Source: Octopus vulgaris (taxonomy: Eukaryota). Taken from it: a DNA stretch of 64,000 nt. Location of the stretch: positions 63,488,001 to 63,552,000 of the forward strand of contig OX597821.1 of NCBI GenBank assembly GCA_951406725.2, in the 5' to 3' direction. Positions 27,502 through 41,208 of the stretch are shown here, in pieces (positions within the stretch are counted from its first letter, which is position 1; each line of letters begins with the position of its first letter). The notes under the pieces are model-generated. The model was not told where the DNA came from. It saw only the letters and a program-made list of their open reading frames with translations, and searched no databases. The position numbers and the translations under genes are program-made.

Positions 27502-28015
27502 GTCTTGATACAATACCAAGCAGTATCTCTCTTTGCTTCAGAACTTAACTAATTGGAAATGTTATCATGTACATTGTTTTGTCTTCGTATAAAAGATGGG
27601 CTACAGCAAATATTCTGCTCAATACCACAGATTTGCTTGTCAGTTGTTTTACCTTAACCATTTGAGCATGTCCCTTAGTGGCTGACGATATGTGCATCTC
27701 TGATCACAAGCGGAAGTAGTGGGGGAGCATCATGGCCATGTGTTGAGAGGTATTCTTTGTGGTTTGAATAATTCACCTCTGGAAACAGGGACCTTTTGAG
27801 TGGTATGGTTAATCGACAAGAAGAAAATTCTAACTGGGCCCCACCTGTAAGGTCATGTGCTGGTTATCTCGATATGAGATCACCATGTCGCGCACATATA
27901 GTTTTGATGCATGTGCCTGATGTACCTTTATCAGACGGGCAGTCATGATGGGTATACTGGACTTCACATATTTTACCCCAGTGTCACTTTGATGGCATGC
28001 TCTGCTCTCTCACCC
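27500..28015 (+). mobile_element. non-coding ~515-bp (TAA)n-embedded interspersed element, copy 1
   Basis: Homologous over ~440 bp to 41209-41685 (opposite strand); (TAA)n on both sides. Strand assigned relative to the TAA strand. Confidence 0.8.
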
Positions 28016-28032
28016 AATAATAATAATAATAA

Positions 28033-29076
28033 AGAGGTCGAGGCCTGATCCAATTTGAACTAGCTTACAAAACAACCACAATTGGACTGGCCAAATATCT
28101 CGAAATAACGAATGACTGGATGCTAAAGCTCGTGGAAAATCACGAGAGACGAAAGAAGCTTCATTCTATCATAAAGGAAAGCAAAAAATTTGTTATTGAT
28201 CTCGTGCAGGATACCCAAACTGAACAACCCGAGGGAAGTACGGCAAATATTGTTGCAAAGAAGGTGAAAATAATGGCAACGAAAAAAGCGCACGAGCAAT
28301 TGGCTGATAGGTGGAAGGAGAAACCTCTGCACGGCAAATATGTGGCTCGCAGCAAACAAGCTGATGTTGACCAGAAGCAAACCCATCAGTGGCTACGGAG
28401 CTCAGGGCTAAAAGCAGAGAGTGAAGGTTTCATCGTGGCTGCTCAAGATCAAAGCCTATTAACTCGGAACTACCAGGCCAATGTGATGAAAAATGGAGCA
28501 GACCCAAAATGCCGATTCTGCAACGACATGATTGAAACAGTGGACCACCTAATCTCTGGATGTAAAGTCTTAGCACCAGTGGAGTATCAATTAAGACATG
28601 ACAGAGTTGGCCAATATCTACACTGGCTAATAAGTCGGCATTACAATATCAAAACTGCCGACAAGTGGTATAATCACCACCCTGAGGCTGTAACTGAAGG
28701 AGAAAATGTAACCATTCTGTGGGACTTTCCAGTACATACAGACCGAACCATCAAGGCCAATAAACCAGATATTGTTGTGAAAGACCAAAACAATAAAGTT
28801 TGCTTATTGATCGACATGAGCATCCCATGTGATCATAATATCTCAGCGAAAGAGTTTGACAAGCTCAGTAAATATAAAGACCTGCTCATTGAAATTGAGA
28901 AAATGTGGCATCTCAAGGCGGTTACAATACCAGTGATCGTAGGAGCACTAGGAATGATCAAGAAGGGAACCGAAAATTATATGAGAATTATCCCTGGCTT
29001 ACCATCCCTGCAAGAGGTGCAAAAGATTGTCTTAACTGGTACATCACACGTATTGAGAAGAGCATTGTCGATGTGA
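28033..29076 (+). CDS. C-terminal part of R4/Dong ORF: thumb end, CCHC zinc knuckle, restriction-like endonuclease
   Basis: RGRGL, KPLHGKY, EGFIVAAQDQ, CRFC-x4-ETVDHLISGC, RHD, ILWDF, KPDIVV..LIDMSIP, KLSKY, IVGALG. No stops; the 5' end is a truncation, not a real start. Confidence 0.88.
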   Translation, partial: RGRGLIQFELAYKTTTIGLAKYLEITNDWMLKLVENHERRKKLHSIIKESKKFVIDLVQDTQTEQPEGSTANIVAKKVKIMATKKAHEQLADRWKEKPLHGKYVARSKQADVDQKQTHQWLRSSGLKAESEGFIVAAQDQSLLTRNYQANVMKNGADPKCRFCNDMIETVDHLISGCKVLAPVEYQLRHDRVGQYLHWLISRHYNIKTADKWYNHHPEAVTEGENVTILWDFPVHTDRTIKANKPDIVVKDQNNKVCLLIDMSIPCDHNISAKEFDKLSKYKDLLIEIEKMWHLKAVTIPVIVGALGMIKKGTENYMRIIPGLPSLQEVQKIVLTGTSHVLRRALSM

Positions 29077-29180
29077 GAACTATTACTACCCATGTATACT
29101 ATGAGTTTCTTTGCCCTAGGAGTCGGGAAGACACTCGGCAAGAAATGGAAGCTAATTTGAAAGAAGAAGAAAAAAAAAAA

Positions 29181-29181
<1 letters not shown>
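28033..29181 (+). mobile_element. 5'-truncated R4/Dong-clade non-LTR retrotransposon
   Basis: (TAA)n on both sides, short 3' UTR and A-rich tail, uninterrupted ORF. Confidence 0.9.
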
Positions 29182-29213
<32 letters not shown>

Positions 29214-29214
<1 letters not shown>

Positions 29215-29447
29215 GAGAGGTATAGAAAAAATAGCGAAGTACCAAAGCCTATCCATTGAACTACAGAGATTATGGGAAATGCAGGTAAAATGTATCCTAT
29301 TAGTTATAGGTGCATTAGGAACTATCCCTAAAGATTTGAACAGAAGGATAGAGGAAATAGGCACTAAACCTAGTTTAGTACAGTTTAGTACAGCTCCAGA
29401 TAACAGTGTTATTAGGGACAGCTAGGATACTTAGAAGGGCTCTTGAC
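29214..29447 (+). mobile_element. short 3' fragment of a second R4/Dong family
   Basis: EKIAKYQSLSIELQRLWEM..VIGALGTIPK..LLGTARILRRAL, directly after (TAA)n. Confidence 0.8.
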
Positions 29448-30810
29448 TCGATGTTAGGAATTTTTCTTTTCCAGATCTAATCTGTTTTGCTTATATGAAT
29501 GATAATTATAGTGGTGGTTGGGTTGATAGTGTTGGACACATTGAATAATGGACGGATTATATGGGAAAATGGAATGAATGGCATGCATGGTGTGTGTGTG
29601 TGTGTGTGTGTGTAAAACAGAGAGCTAGAGAAAGAGGGAGAGACGGGAAAAGGGATGGAAAAAGAGAGAGAGAGGGAGTGAAAGAACATGAAACATGCGA
29701 AAGTGAAAGTGCCTATTCTGTATATTATTCCTGAGTTGATAGAAATAGTTGGTCGAGTGACAATATTTTAACCGCCACTTAGTTACGTTACTTTATGTTC
29801 CCAATTCAAATGTTCACTCTACGTTTTATGAGACGCAAGTCGTTAAAGTAATACCAGACAAATATTGAGGTTGATATAATCGTTCTTTCTATAATTTGTA
29901 AACAAACTATTTTCCGTTTATGTTAAATATCGTTATTGTCACTTCAGAAAACACATGTTGACCTTCAAGTTTATTTCTCAATTAAATTCCTGAAGAAATT
30001 TGTCACAATAAAATTAGAGTTTTACAATAGTTTTGGTAAAATGCCAAAGAACTTATGATATTAAATTCATATGAAAATGTTAGAAACATTGACACTAATT
30101 TGTTTCCAAAACAAACATTAGAAATGTTTACAGTACTGCAAAGAGAATGGTGAGCATTTGTGCTGAGAGTTTAGCGCAACTATTTCTGTTCGCGTCTTTA
30201 CTACACGATATAGTAATCTCGCCATTTGCGATGTTTATGATAGAGGTGATGTTAGTGGTAGTGGTGGGCCTGGTATTGCTGTCGCTGCTCGTACTACTAC
30301 TAATAATTCTCTTTCAGTTGTTTTGTGAATGTCTTCTTAAATTTTCATGATTTTTCTGCTGTTTCTTCATGCTACCGTCGTGGTGGTAGTGATGGCGGGG
30401 CTGATGCTGATGGTGGCGGTGGTGTTGATCCCGGCGGCTATAGCGGCGGCAGCATGCGTTAAGGTGGTGGTAGTGGCGGTTTTACAAGTCATCATCGATG
30501 GTGGTTCGTGTTATATTTACTCATGTTTATAGCAGAGATAATATTTTTAATGCGAATTCCTACCCACTATATGAATCACCTTCCTTTTATCCCTCGTATA
30601 TGCTGCCACCATAATCGCTACTGTGTTCGTATTTTCAAATATAAATTCCTTTGATAATATTTCAAAATTTTAGACCCAGTGACCTAGAAACAAAATCAAA
30701 GTATTGTACTTTCCGCAAAAACTCTTTTTCCCAAAATTCAAATATAGGAAACTGCTAACTGTTTAACAGGACAATAAATATTTTGTATGCATACAGAGTG
30801 TATAAAACCC

Positions 30811-30932
<122 letters not shown>

Positions 30933-30954
30933 AATAATGGTTTCAAAATGTTCC

Positions 30955-31152
30955 ACAGGTGGAGCTATTGTAGGGAAGAGGATGAGACGATTACATCGAC
31001 ACCAGCGTTCAAATGGTACTTATTTTAACCACCCTGAAAAGATGAAAGGTAAAGTCCACCTCGGCAGTATTTGAACTCAGAAGGTAGCGACGGACGAAAA
31101 CCCCCTAAGCATTTCGTCCGGAGCACTAACGATTCTGCTAGCTCGCCGCCTT
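30955..31152 (-). mobile_element. SINE family B
   Basis: Reverse complement of the 18088 head and core (ctcgccgcctt end; aaagatgaaaggtaaagtccacctcggc). Confidence 0.75.
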
Positions 31153-31189
31153 AATAATAAAGTTAATAATAATGATGATGATGATGATG

Positions 31190-32162
31190 AGATAATTGGC
31201 TCAAAGTACCAAAGTAAGGAAACCTTGCTAGTGACAGTTAAGAACGAGAGAGTATTGAGAGCCGAGAAAAAAGGGGAAACAAAGGAAGAAGTGCAAAAAG
31301 GAGATGAAGAAGAATTACACAAGGAGGGACTACACAATCAATTCTATGTAGCCAGAACAAAAGTTACTGAGAAAAATAGGCGAGATTGGTTAATGAAATG
31401 AACACTAAAAGACGAAACCGAGAGCACTATACTGGCAGCGCAAGACGAAGCCTTGACTGCAAACTGGAGGGTCAACCTTAGGAATGTGCAAGTGTCTCCG
31501 CTGTGCCGCATCTGCATTAGAGTGGATGAAGCAATTGCACATATCACTAACAAATGCCCCAGACTTTCCCCAAACTACTAAAAGTCGTGGCGACACGACC
31601 AGGTAGCGAAAAGGATAGATTGGAAACTGTGCGAAAATTGGCGGCTAGAGAGGGGCAAGACATGGTATGAGAACAAAGCGTAGAGAGAAACTGAATTGGA
31701 GACTAGCTAAATATTCTGGGATTTCCCAATCCAAACAGATTAGGTGCTAAAGCATAACAGACCAGACCTAGTGGTGGTGGACAAGATAGACCACATATGC
31801 TAGCTATATACTTCTTGTTGCATGTCCATTTGACCCACGAATAGTCAAGAAGGAAGGCGAAAAGTACGAAATAGCCCGACTATGGAAAATGAAGACGGTG
31901 AAGATGGTGTCAATTATTGTTGGGTCCTTGTAAACAATAGTAGAAGGTATCAAGAAATATATAAAAGAAACTGGAATAAAGTACCCAGTAGAACTGTTAC
32001 GAAAGGTTTGCCTCCTTGGTAAGGCCAGAATAATCAGGGAATTATTAGTCAGCATTAGTTAGCTCAAAAGAATGAATAGCATGGTACCGTGGGCTGCAGT
32101 TAACAAGGCCGCTAGGTATGCAAGACTCCAAGATCTTCAGAATAAACTGTGATAAAGAGAAA
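31190..32162 (+). mobile_element. degraded 5'-truncated R4/Dong element (third family)
   Basis: ETESTILAAQDEAL, PLCRIC..DEAIAHITNKC, RHD, ILWDFPIQTD, HNRPDLVVVD, IIVGSL; several stops; ends in aataataat. Confidence 0.82.
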
Positions 32163-32172
32163 ATAATAATAA

Positions 32173-32480
32173 ACTATGTATATAAAACTGAGAATGTGTG
32201 TCTGTCTGTCTGTCTGTGTGTGTGTGTGTGAATCCCTAAAACTTGAGAACTACAAAACCAATTTCATTCAAATTTTACACATGCCTACGTAGGGTCCATG
32301 TAGTGTCATGGGGAAAAAATTTTAACTTATGACCTAGGGCGAGCCCACAGCAATATCATATCTTCTCCACTGTTTCAGTATTACTTGTTAAAAGTGAAAC
32401 AAAAACATCTCTCTATAGTAATGTCAGATACTTTCACTTTAATACTGAACCTATTAAAGTGAAACTATTATATAACAGGG
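32173..32480 (+). mobile_element. 5' portion of a Helitron-like non-autonomous element
   Basis: ctatgtatataaaa start followed by (TCTG)n/(TG)n and aaccaatttcattcaaattttacac, similar in layout to 39318-39701. Confidence 0.45.
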
Positions 32481-32616
32481 ATGAACCATTAACAGTGGAC
32501 ATCTATTTTGCTAGAAGAAGATCCGCTATGGTCTTATATGCTACACCACTGGTTTTAAATTCATATTAATCAAATTATTATTCAAATTTTCACCCTTATT
32601 TTAATTTTATATTTTA

Positions 32617-32658
<42 letters not shown>

Positions 32659-32714
32659 ACAATATATATAAGAGCCAAGTTAAAAAGATTCTCAACAATT
32701 CAACTTCTCTGCTT

Positions 32715-33310
32715 GACATTACAAAACGTTTGCCTCCTTGGCACGGCCTGAATAATCAGAAAAGTATTAGATAGCTGAAAAGAACGAATAGCATAGTACC
32801 GTAGGCTGTAGTTAGCAAGCCCGCTACGCATGCAAATTCCAGAAGCTCCAAAAACACATGTAGTAAAGTGAAATAATAATAATTTCTACTAGAGGCACAA
32901 GGCCTGAAATTTGGGGGAGGGAGTCTAATACATCGACCCCAGTACTGAAACTGTACTCATTTTATCGAACTTGAAAGTATAAAATGCAAAGTCGACCTCG
33001 GTGGAATTTGATGTCGACTTTGCTTAAGTATGAAAACGTAAGAAATATAAGATGCTGTGGGACTTTAACATTTAAACGGACATAGTAAAAGAAGCTAGAA
33101 AGCCTAATTTAGTAGTAATGGATAAAGAGAATAGAAAGTGCCAGATAATTGACTTTATAGTCGTAAATGATGAGAATCAATATGAGAAGTATAGGGAAAA
33201 TAGCAATGTAACAGGACCTGGCCATTGAGTTACAGAGACTGGGGAAAGTGTGGGCAAAAGGTACCCCTGTCTCTATAGATGCATCGGGAACTATCCTTAA
33301 ACATTTGTTG
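32715..33310 (+). mobile_element. further R4/Dong 3' fragments (32715-32872; 33075-33310) around a minus-strand SINE B 3' fragment (32885-33011)
   Basis: 32720-32870 is homologous to 32000-32160; 33180-33300 encodes KIAM*QDLAIELQRL..IDASGTILK. Confidence 0.65.
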
Positions 33311-33391
33311 TAGTCACATGTTAAGAGTTTTTCTTTTCCAACAGTCTGCTGAGCGTATATGAAAAATAAATAAATAATAATAATAATAATG

Positions 33392-33519
<128 letters not shown>

Positions 33520-35808
33520 AGTTGGTTCTTTATTTGCCATATGTTCTTAGATATCTAATATCGCATTCTCCTGAATGGTGTTGAGGCATAACATCAACTC
33601 TAACGAAATTCGTTGGTCATAAAAAGGTAAAATGGGAAAACGGTATTGCACCATTATAAGACAAAGAGAAGACAGTCAAGACCAGCATTGAATAAAAGCT
33701 TTTGAAGTAAATACTTTGTGTCCTTGACTCTTTTGGCAAGCAATGATTCCATTACCCAACTTGTCGGATGAAATTACCATGTCTTCTATAACATTTGAAC
33801 AAACTATAATCAATTTCCTCTATGCCCACTGCTTGTAGTAGTTTAGTAAGTATCATATGCAGGTGCAACTGACTGTGCACAATTTTAACCAAGGCATAAG
33901 AATGTATTTCAGAACAGATGAATATAGGGGATCTGTATGCCAACAGGTGCACGAGAAACAATTAGTGCCTTATATTTCAAATTACACATAACAACAGGAA
34001 ACGTAAAAGAAATTAATGATCGTTTAAAAGGCCTATATGTATTGCAGAAAGTGAATGGAAATTTGGATCGTTTAGATCAGATACAAGAAAAGATTATGAG
34101 TTATGTCTACATCGTGGATCAAATTTTGTCTATATTTGGTTTCAAATTTTGTCTATATTTGGAAAATGTCAAAAATAATTTAGAAGAGGCATTGAGGTAT
34201 ATTATGGGAGATTCACCATTAAAATTCTATGTTTTGCAGAAGCAAGTATTTTAAGGAAATGCCCTTCTATCCTACTTGAAATAACACTCATTCTTACGTC
34301 GATTATTCCAAAGCTGAATAATGTTATTTAACTGAAAGGGAATAGAAGATAAGTAACTCATCTCGTTTTATAGAGAATCTTAAGCTTTGTGGCATCTTGA
34401 CAAATCGCACGAATATTTACTATTGACATTGTTCTGACACGTCATAGAGAATTTTAGAATGATGATAATGAAACATAGAAATCATGATAAGAAACGGTTG
34501 AAATGCAACTACTTGATGGTGAGAATATGAGATCTTCAGATATAACGTGCTGAAGAGTGATATAATTAAAATTCTGGCAAAGAAGAAAGAAGGATATATT
34601 TTCTCAGTATTAAGATACTAAAATCGAAATTCAATATGGGAAATATCATTCCGGCAATCAAATTGGGGTCAGTATCGTTAATCTACTTAGGGCAGTAACG
34701 ACAAAATGGAAGTGGAAGGATAATACTGACCGAAAATATGAAATTCTCCAATCCGGGAATAAATAATATGACAAGGTGATGCTCCTGCCAATTGTTATTG
34801 TTATATTATGAAGAATCTAAGAGAAAACCTTAGAAAGTTACATCTTAATGTGACAGTTGTTGCATTTCAGAAAAGATGTTCAAATGAAACAGGAAATGTG
34901 AAAAAACCTCGGTAAAAATAAAGGAAATATATGAAGTGTATAGAAGGAACTGCATAGAACCAGAATGCTTCTCCGACGAGACGACGTTTCGATGCCAAAC
35001 AGTACGAGTATTTGAAGTGGTTAAAATATCAATATCGCGTAACAGCATACTACTGCTGACAATAATGATAATATTAATAATAATGACGATGATGGTAACT
35101 ATAATAATAACAATAAAATGTTACAAGAATAATATTATTGAATAACATAATATTCTAAAGATGATGAATTGATGGAACACAGTAATTGTGCAAATACAAA
35201 CCAGAAAAGCCTATACTAAACTTTATTGGTCTATTCTAAAAATGAACATAAATAAATATAACTAAATGTTATAAAATATTGTATTGAATAAAATAGAATT
35301 AGATTTGTAGTATAGTCCGTTATTTCTTCCAAATAAGTTGATAAAAATGACAATCGGGTTCTCATCTAACATTTAAGTATTGTTTTCATAACTATTTCAA
35401 AAGCTGATTATGCGTCTTATATGACAAAACCTATAACCTCAATATAAAAAGGGTTCATTTTAAGTTTCAGATGGAATAGGGAACTTTGAACTTCAAGAAA
35501 ATTGGTATTTCTATACATGCCAACTAATTAAATATCTGACTGAGACGGTTCTATATGTTATGATACCATCTTTACTAGAACAGTAATGTTTAATTTAACA
35601 TACATTTATTATCTCGCATTACGATTCTCTATTCCTTTTCAGTGTATTTCAGGGAGCTCCCCCCACCACCACATTTCTCCACTCAATATATAAAAGCAAC
35701 ACGCTATCTCTATTTATGCGTGTATGCTTCAGTGTACTTGTATATATTTACATCTCTCCCTCTCTTTATGCACACGCACACACACACACATACACACACA
35801 GCACACAT

Positions 35809-35844
<36 letters not shown>

Positions 35845-36584
35845 TCAGTTGAATATGGCACTTAAGTTGAGGCACCAGAATTTAGTACGGTATTATCCAT
35901 ACAATTTCAAAGTAATGCGATTAAAATCAAAATAAGCTACAAGGATATCCAGAGCTAATGTAGTGCGATCGTTTCATGCAACTCCATTTAATTGAACAAT
36001 GCAATCATTACATCAGTTTAAAATGCAGAGCAATCTTCAGCTGCACAAAGTCATAGAATTTAATTAAAATAGAGCAGGTGGACACATTAGTATAATTATA
36101 CCTAAAATCTCCAAGAAGTTAAGGAGATAGACAAAGAACATGCTGTCTCACTCCAGTTTAGAAGTTACTGAATTTTCCAAGAAGTTATACATTGTTACAG
36201 ACTGATTTTTTTTTGTTTTTATGGGGTCAGTTTTAATTTATAGACTAGTTTATCAAATTCTTTGTATATCTAAGGCTGAGAGAACAGAGAGCAGTATCTA
36301 TTAGGGGTAGGGCTGAGGGAGCAGACAGGCATCATAGTTGGTATAGTAATAAAAATCAAGATTTATTAGAAGCAATATCATGAGGTTTGGTAAAGGAAAA
36401 CTTAAAACAAGATGTTAGCTGATAACTAGCAGACAATTGATAATGAAACAGGAGAAGTCATATCATGTAGTACTATAGTTAAATATTTTAAACAATGTTG
36501 TTATACAGATAAAGTTTAGGGTTTTTCAAAGGATTATTAAGAAGAATATTATAACAAAAGGATAAAAAAATTATGAATTCTATT

Positions 36585-36791
36585 ATGCTAAACATAGACA
36601 TCAAATCGCCATTACCACGAAGAATGCATACGTACATATTAACAAGTGAAACCAGTGGTAAGTAGGTAATTGTTATTTATTTAGTATATTTTCATTTGTC
36701 TTGCTCATTTTTACATTTTGGCGTTTTGCTGAGATTTTTCTTGAGAACACATTCTTCGTGGTAATAACGATTTGACGTCTATGTTTAGCAT
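36585..36791. repeat. 42-bp inverted repeat (36585-36626 / 36750-36791)
   Basis: atgctaaacatagacatcaaatcgccattaccacgaagaatg versus cattcttcgtggtaataacgatttgacgtctatgtttagcat (3 mismatches). Confidence 0.88.
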
Positions 36792-39317
36792 ATTAGGTGC
36801 CCACTTTAGCGGTCATTCCTTTTAATTTTGTATGTAACACAATTTTTAATCGTCTGATTTTTTAAATATGCTAAGCCACTGGCTTTAATTGATTAATATC
36901 AATTTCTACCTTTATTATTTAATTTTATATATACACACGTGTGTGTGTATGTATGTATATTTTATATATATATATACCAGCTGACCCCGTGCCGGCAGAA
37001 ATGACGGCTAATTGTAGTATTTTATATATAATATGGGTACAAAAAGATTAAAAAACCGAACAGTGCTTCAACTCTGTGAGGGTGTGTGTATGTGTGTGTT
37101 TGTAAATGTGCGCGTCTGTATTTCTATTTTTTATGGATTTTTCTAACAAAACATATCCAAACTCATATACACTCAACTTCTGTACTCAAGTAGAGAACAA
37201 GAAAATGTTTTCTTAAAATATTGCAGCTAAGGATAAAACTTGAATATTAAAGAATTATTTGATTTTAATTTACAAAGTAACATTATAATTTATAAAAGGT
37301 ACTATCAATCTGTTGAAATATTGATACACTAAAATACTTAAAAAGTGAGAGCCAGAAGTACCAATATAGCTAACGTTTTATGCAAAGTAGAATATTAAAT
37401 ATGGTAGGCAAATTCAACATGTAAAAATTAGTCATTGGGTCAAGGCTAAAACTGTGAAGACTTGGCAATAGCTTAAGCACAGTTTACTGTGAATTTGTTG
37501 TTATAAGTAGTATTTACTGTAATATATAACTAATCTTTTTATTATTCTATCTAGTGTACTAACTAATTATGTACTACTATTATTTTTTATTAAAATATCA
37601 GCGAACCTCAACGTGTCAAATTGTGACGATTTTGATGTACACTTGTAAGCACTTATTGATATTTTGCTAAAAGAAATAAAAGAATTATGGCGGCAAATTT
37701 TTCTAATCTGTTGTTATTAATGTCCCAAATGAATAAAAATTTCACCCGTCAATAAGGAATTTTTTTATTACGTTCCACTTTCAACACATCACACTACTTA
37801 TTTATAGTAATTCATGTTTTGCGATTTATTTATTTTAAATAAAACATTTTATCTTTGAATATTGTAAATAATTCTTGACAAATATTATTCGTAGCTTTTT
37901 AGTTTCTTTATGTAAAAACCTTTGTCATTTCATCAGTCATGCTTAATTATACTAAGTTGATGAAATATAATATATAAAAATATGTGATTATTTCTGCCTT
38001 GGAATACTTCACATGAGAGATTAATTCTTAAATTCATGAAATTAACTCCCCTTATCTTTCAGACTTATTGCTGCTACTATCTGTTGATTGCTTTTCATTT
38101 CAAGAGAGGGGAATATTTAAAATAATTTTGGACGAACAATATTTCGCAAATTACATCCATTTTTCCGCCGCTTGGCTTATATCGCCTAGCTCGTTTCATT
38201 TCTTACTTGCTTCTACTTAATTTGTCCACCTCTCGCAACTAGAGAGTCAGCCGCTAATCACATCGAGTTGTAAAAAAATTGCACAGAGCATCATATAGCT
38301 AGGCGTACCTCATGTATGAAAAGGGATCGAAATGCTTGCGATCACAAGTACTTATTTCTATAGCTTCTGAAAATCTAGAATTTGTTGGCGTTCATGGTAA
38401 ATATGATCTGTTAGTCACCATCTTTAAATATTTGTCTAAATATTGCATGTCAACAGTAGAAATTATGTTACGTCAATATAAGCAAATTTATAGTTATAAC
38501 CATAGTTAAAAACATGTATAAATTATAGCCATGTATGCAAAATCTGCTTTGTGTTCCCTCTTCTGAGTTTGCTTATATTCTGACATCTCATGTGGCTTCT
38601 GCTATGCAGAAATCCATCCTGTGTTTGTTTTCTCTGTGTAAACTAATGTATTATGTTGCTCCGATATTCTCAAAATGATCTATTAGCATTTGGACAAATA
38701 TAAATAGAGTCTTTGTGCGATCCCCTCATTATTATATTCCGGCTTGACAAAGCTTTTTGCACATCAGCAAATTCACCATTTGCCATTCTGATATAAGAGT
38801 ATCCAGCATTTAGTGACAATGAACGACGTTTCAATATACGTAACTGATGACGCGAAGAAACGCATCAGTTCTAAGGTCTGGTGACATCATTCATGCCTTA
38901 GTGCTGTGCCTACATTCATATTGTTTATAAGGAGAGGTTCTTCCCTCCAGACTACCGTTCAGCGTATTAACATTTCAAGTACGAATGTTCTCGAACATGT
39001 TAAATGCGACCGTACATAGCTATATTTCATTCAACGCAGCTTCGTACCCCTGTGATTATTAATAAATATATGAGTAAATAAAAGACAAATAAAATAACCG
39101 AATGAAGTAAGTACTTTGTCTGATATGTTCCACAAAGACCACTCAAGTTGTTGCACTAGTCTGATGGTGCAGCTAACGAATAAAAACAGCAAACCAATTT
39201 TAAAGTATATATTAACATCTGCACAAATATTGTTACGTATGTACAAATTGTAGAATATGTCTTGATGCGCTGCAATCTTTTTATCATTATAAAGAACCAT
39301 ATCTTAAATATGTCTTA

Positions 39318-39701
39318 TCTCTCTTTATATAAACGGCAGTTTGTCTGTGCGTGTTTCTGTGTGTCTGTTTGCTTGTACCCTCACCCTGACCACGGCTTTC
39401 AACCGATTCTGATGAAACTTGACACACACATAGCCCAATGTCATAATTCAAAACTAACGCAGCGAAAATTTTGAAAAGTTTCCCCAGTTCTGAACAAAAT
39501 CGATAAATTCGACATGGGGTCGAGAATCAGAAACACAAACCGCAAACTGTCTAGGGGACGCAACTCCACCTTTTTTTACTCTCAAAAAAATTTACCATCA
39601 TTTTTTTCATTTTTTTTTGCTATTTTTGGGCTATAACTCTCTAAAAATGCTTTATAGTTATTTCCCTTACAAACCCGAGCAACGCCGGGCGATACTGCTA
39701 G
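39318..39701 (+). mobile_element. non-autonomous Helitron
   Basis: Inserted at A|T; 5' TC start; 3' hairpin cccgagcaacgccggg followed by CTAG; no TSD. Confidence 0.8.
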
Positions 39702-40660
39702 TATCATATATTTTAAATAATATATAAAATCGAAATTTTATATATTATTTACTCTCAAAAATACAATATCATATACATCTTCAGGGTTTTGGTATGTATA
39801 TGTGGTTAGACGGGTGTATTTATATAAATTGAAAAATGAAGGCAGAAACAATTTTAAAATGCTTTAGTGCTTTACTTATTTATTTTATGTGTATTACTTT
39901 CTGTCAAAATTTACATTTTCCCTACGCTGTGAATTCAGCATTTAAATGAAATATCATGTACTTCTGTTTAACTGAAATTCATTAGCGAAGAAAAAGCTGT
40001 ATAAAGAAAGTTCATACTTCGTTCCATTAGAAGTATGTAGTGTAATGGGAGAAAAAGTTCACGTATTTTAAACACACAACTAAATATATGGCCGTAATGT
40101 TTTACGCATAACGTATTATTATGTTTTATTTAGAAATCATCTGCATACATTTACATTTACAAATCAAATTTAAAGAATGTTTTACTGTTAAATATGATTT
40201 CATCATTGTTTATTTTAGGATTTGTGTTGGATTTATTTTGAATTAACAGCAGTCTCCTCAAATTTAAATATTAGATTTGCAACTCTACAAAGTTTACTGA
40301 TGCTTAAAATCATTTTTGTTTCTTTTTTTTTTTTTGCTTAGATGGAATAATTATTATAGGCACATTACCATATAAAATGAATTTTAAAGCATCACAGAAC
40401 ATAAACAGAAATAAAAACATGATAGTGTTCGTGGTTTCTCTTGACAACTAATTCATCAACGTCACTCGTTACACAGTAAAGAAACGTATGTAATTCATTT
40501 TATTTAAGACTGCAGAAACCAATTGCGCGCGTATCATGTTTTATGATTACACTGGATAAGACAGCTGAAATTATTATTTTTATCATCATCATCATCATCA
40601 TCGTCGTAATCGTCGTCGTCAACGTCGTCGCCATCGACATTAATTTTTTTATTATTACTA

Positions 40661-40901
40661 TTTCGGTTTGTCTCAGGTTCGGTCTTATTCTTTGTTGGGA
40701 TTAAGTGGATAGCTAATAACTACCTGTAACCTTAGGTATCAACAAGCTTTCAGCACGTTCTTAAATATTTAGGAGCCTCCTGATAATCCTTGTGGTCCTT
40801 AAGAGACAAACTTTTGGTAGGAGCTCTACCGGGCATTCTACTCCAATCTCCTTCAGCCATTTGTCTACATCTTGGCTTACTGCTCCCAGGGCACCAACTA
40901 T
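40661..40901 (-). mobile_element. R4/Dong 3' fragment
   Basis: Minus strand IVGALGAVSQDVDKWLKEIGVECPVELLPKVCLLRTTRIIRRLL, abutting (TTA)n. Confidence 0.75.
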
Positions 40902-40928
40902 TTTTATTATTATTATTATTATTATTAA

Positions 40929-40959
<31 letters not shown>

Positions 40960-40961
40960 GC

Positions 40962-41001
<40 letters not shown>

Positions 41002-41123
41002 ATTATTATTATTATTATTATTATTGTTATTGTTGTTGTTGTTGTTATTATTATTATTGTTGTTGTTATTGTTGTTGTTATTGTTGTTGTTGTTGTTATT
41101 ATTATTATTATTATTATTATTGT

Positions 41124-41166
<43 letters not shown>

Positions 41167-41208
41167 ATTGTTGTTGTTGGTGTTGTTGTTATTATTATTA
41201 TTATTATT
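40902..41208. repeat. (TTA)n/(TTG)n compound microsatellite
   Basis: Directly visible. Confidence 0.95.

Noticed and set aside
33600-34900. Faint RT/LINE-like peptide traces (e.g. ILKSKFNMGNIIPAI near 34615; ORF 33937-34254)
   Set aside because: Probably old LINE debris, but too decayed to delimit or assign with confidence.
38840-38872. CTGATGA...GAAA hammerhead-like words
   Set aside because: No stem II and no stem I can form.
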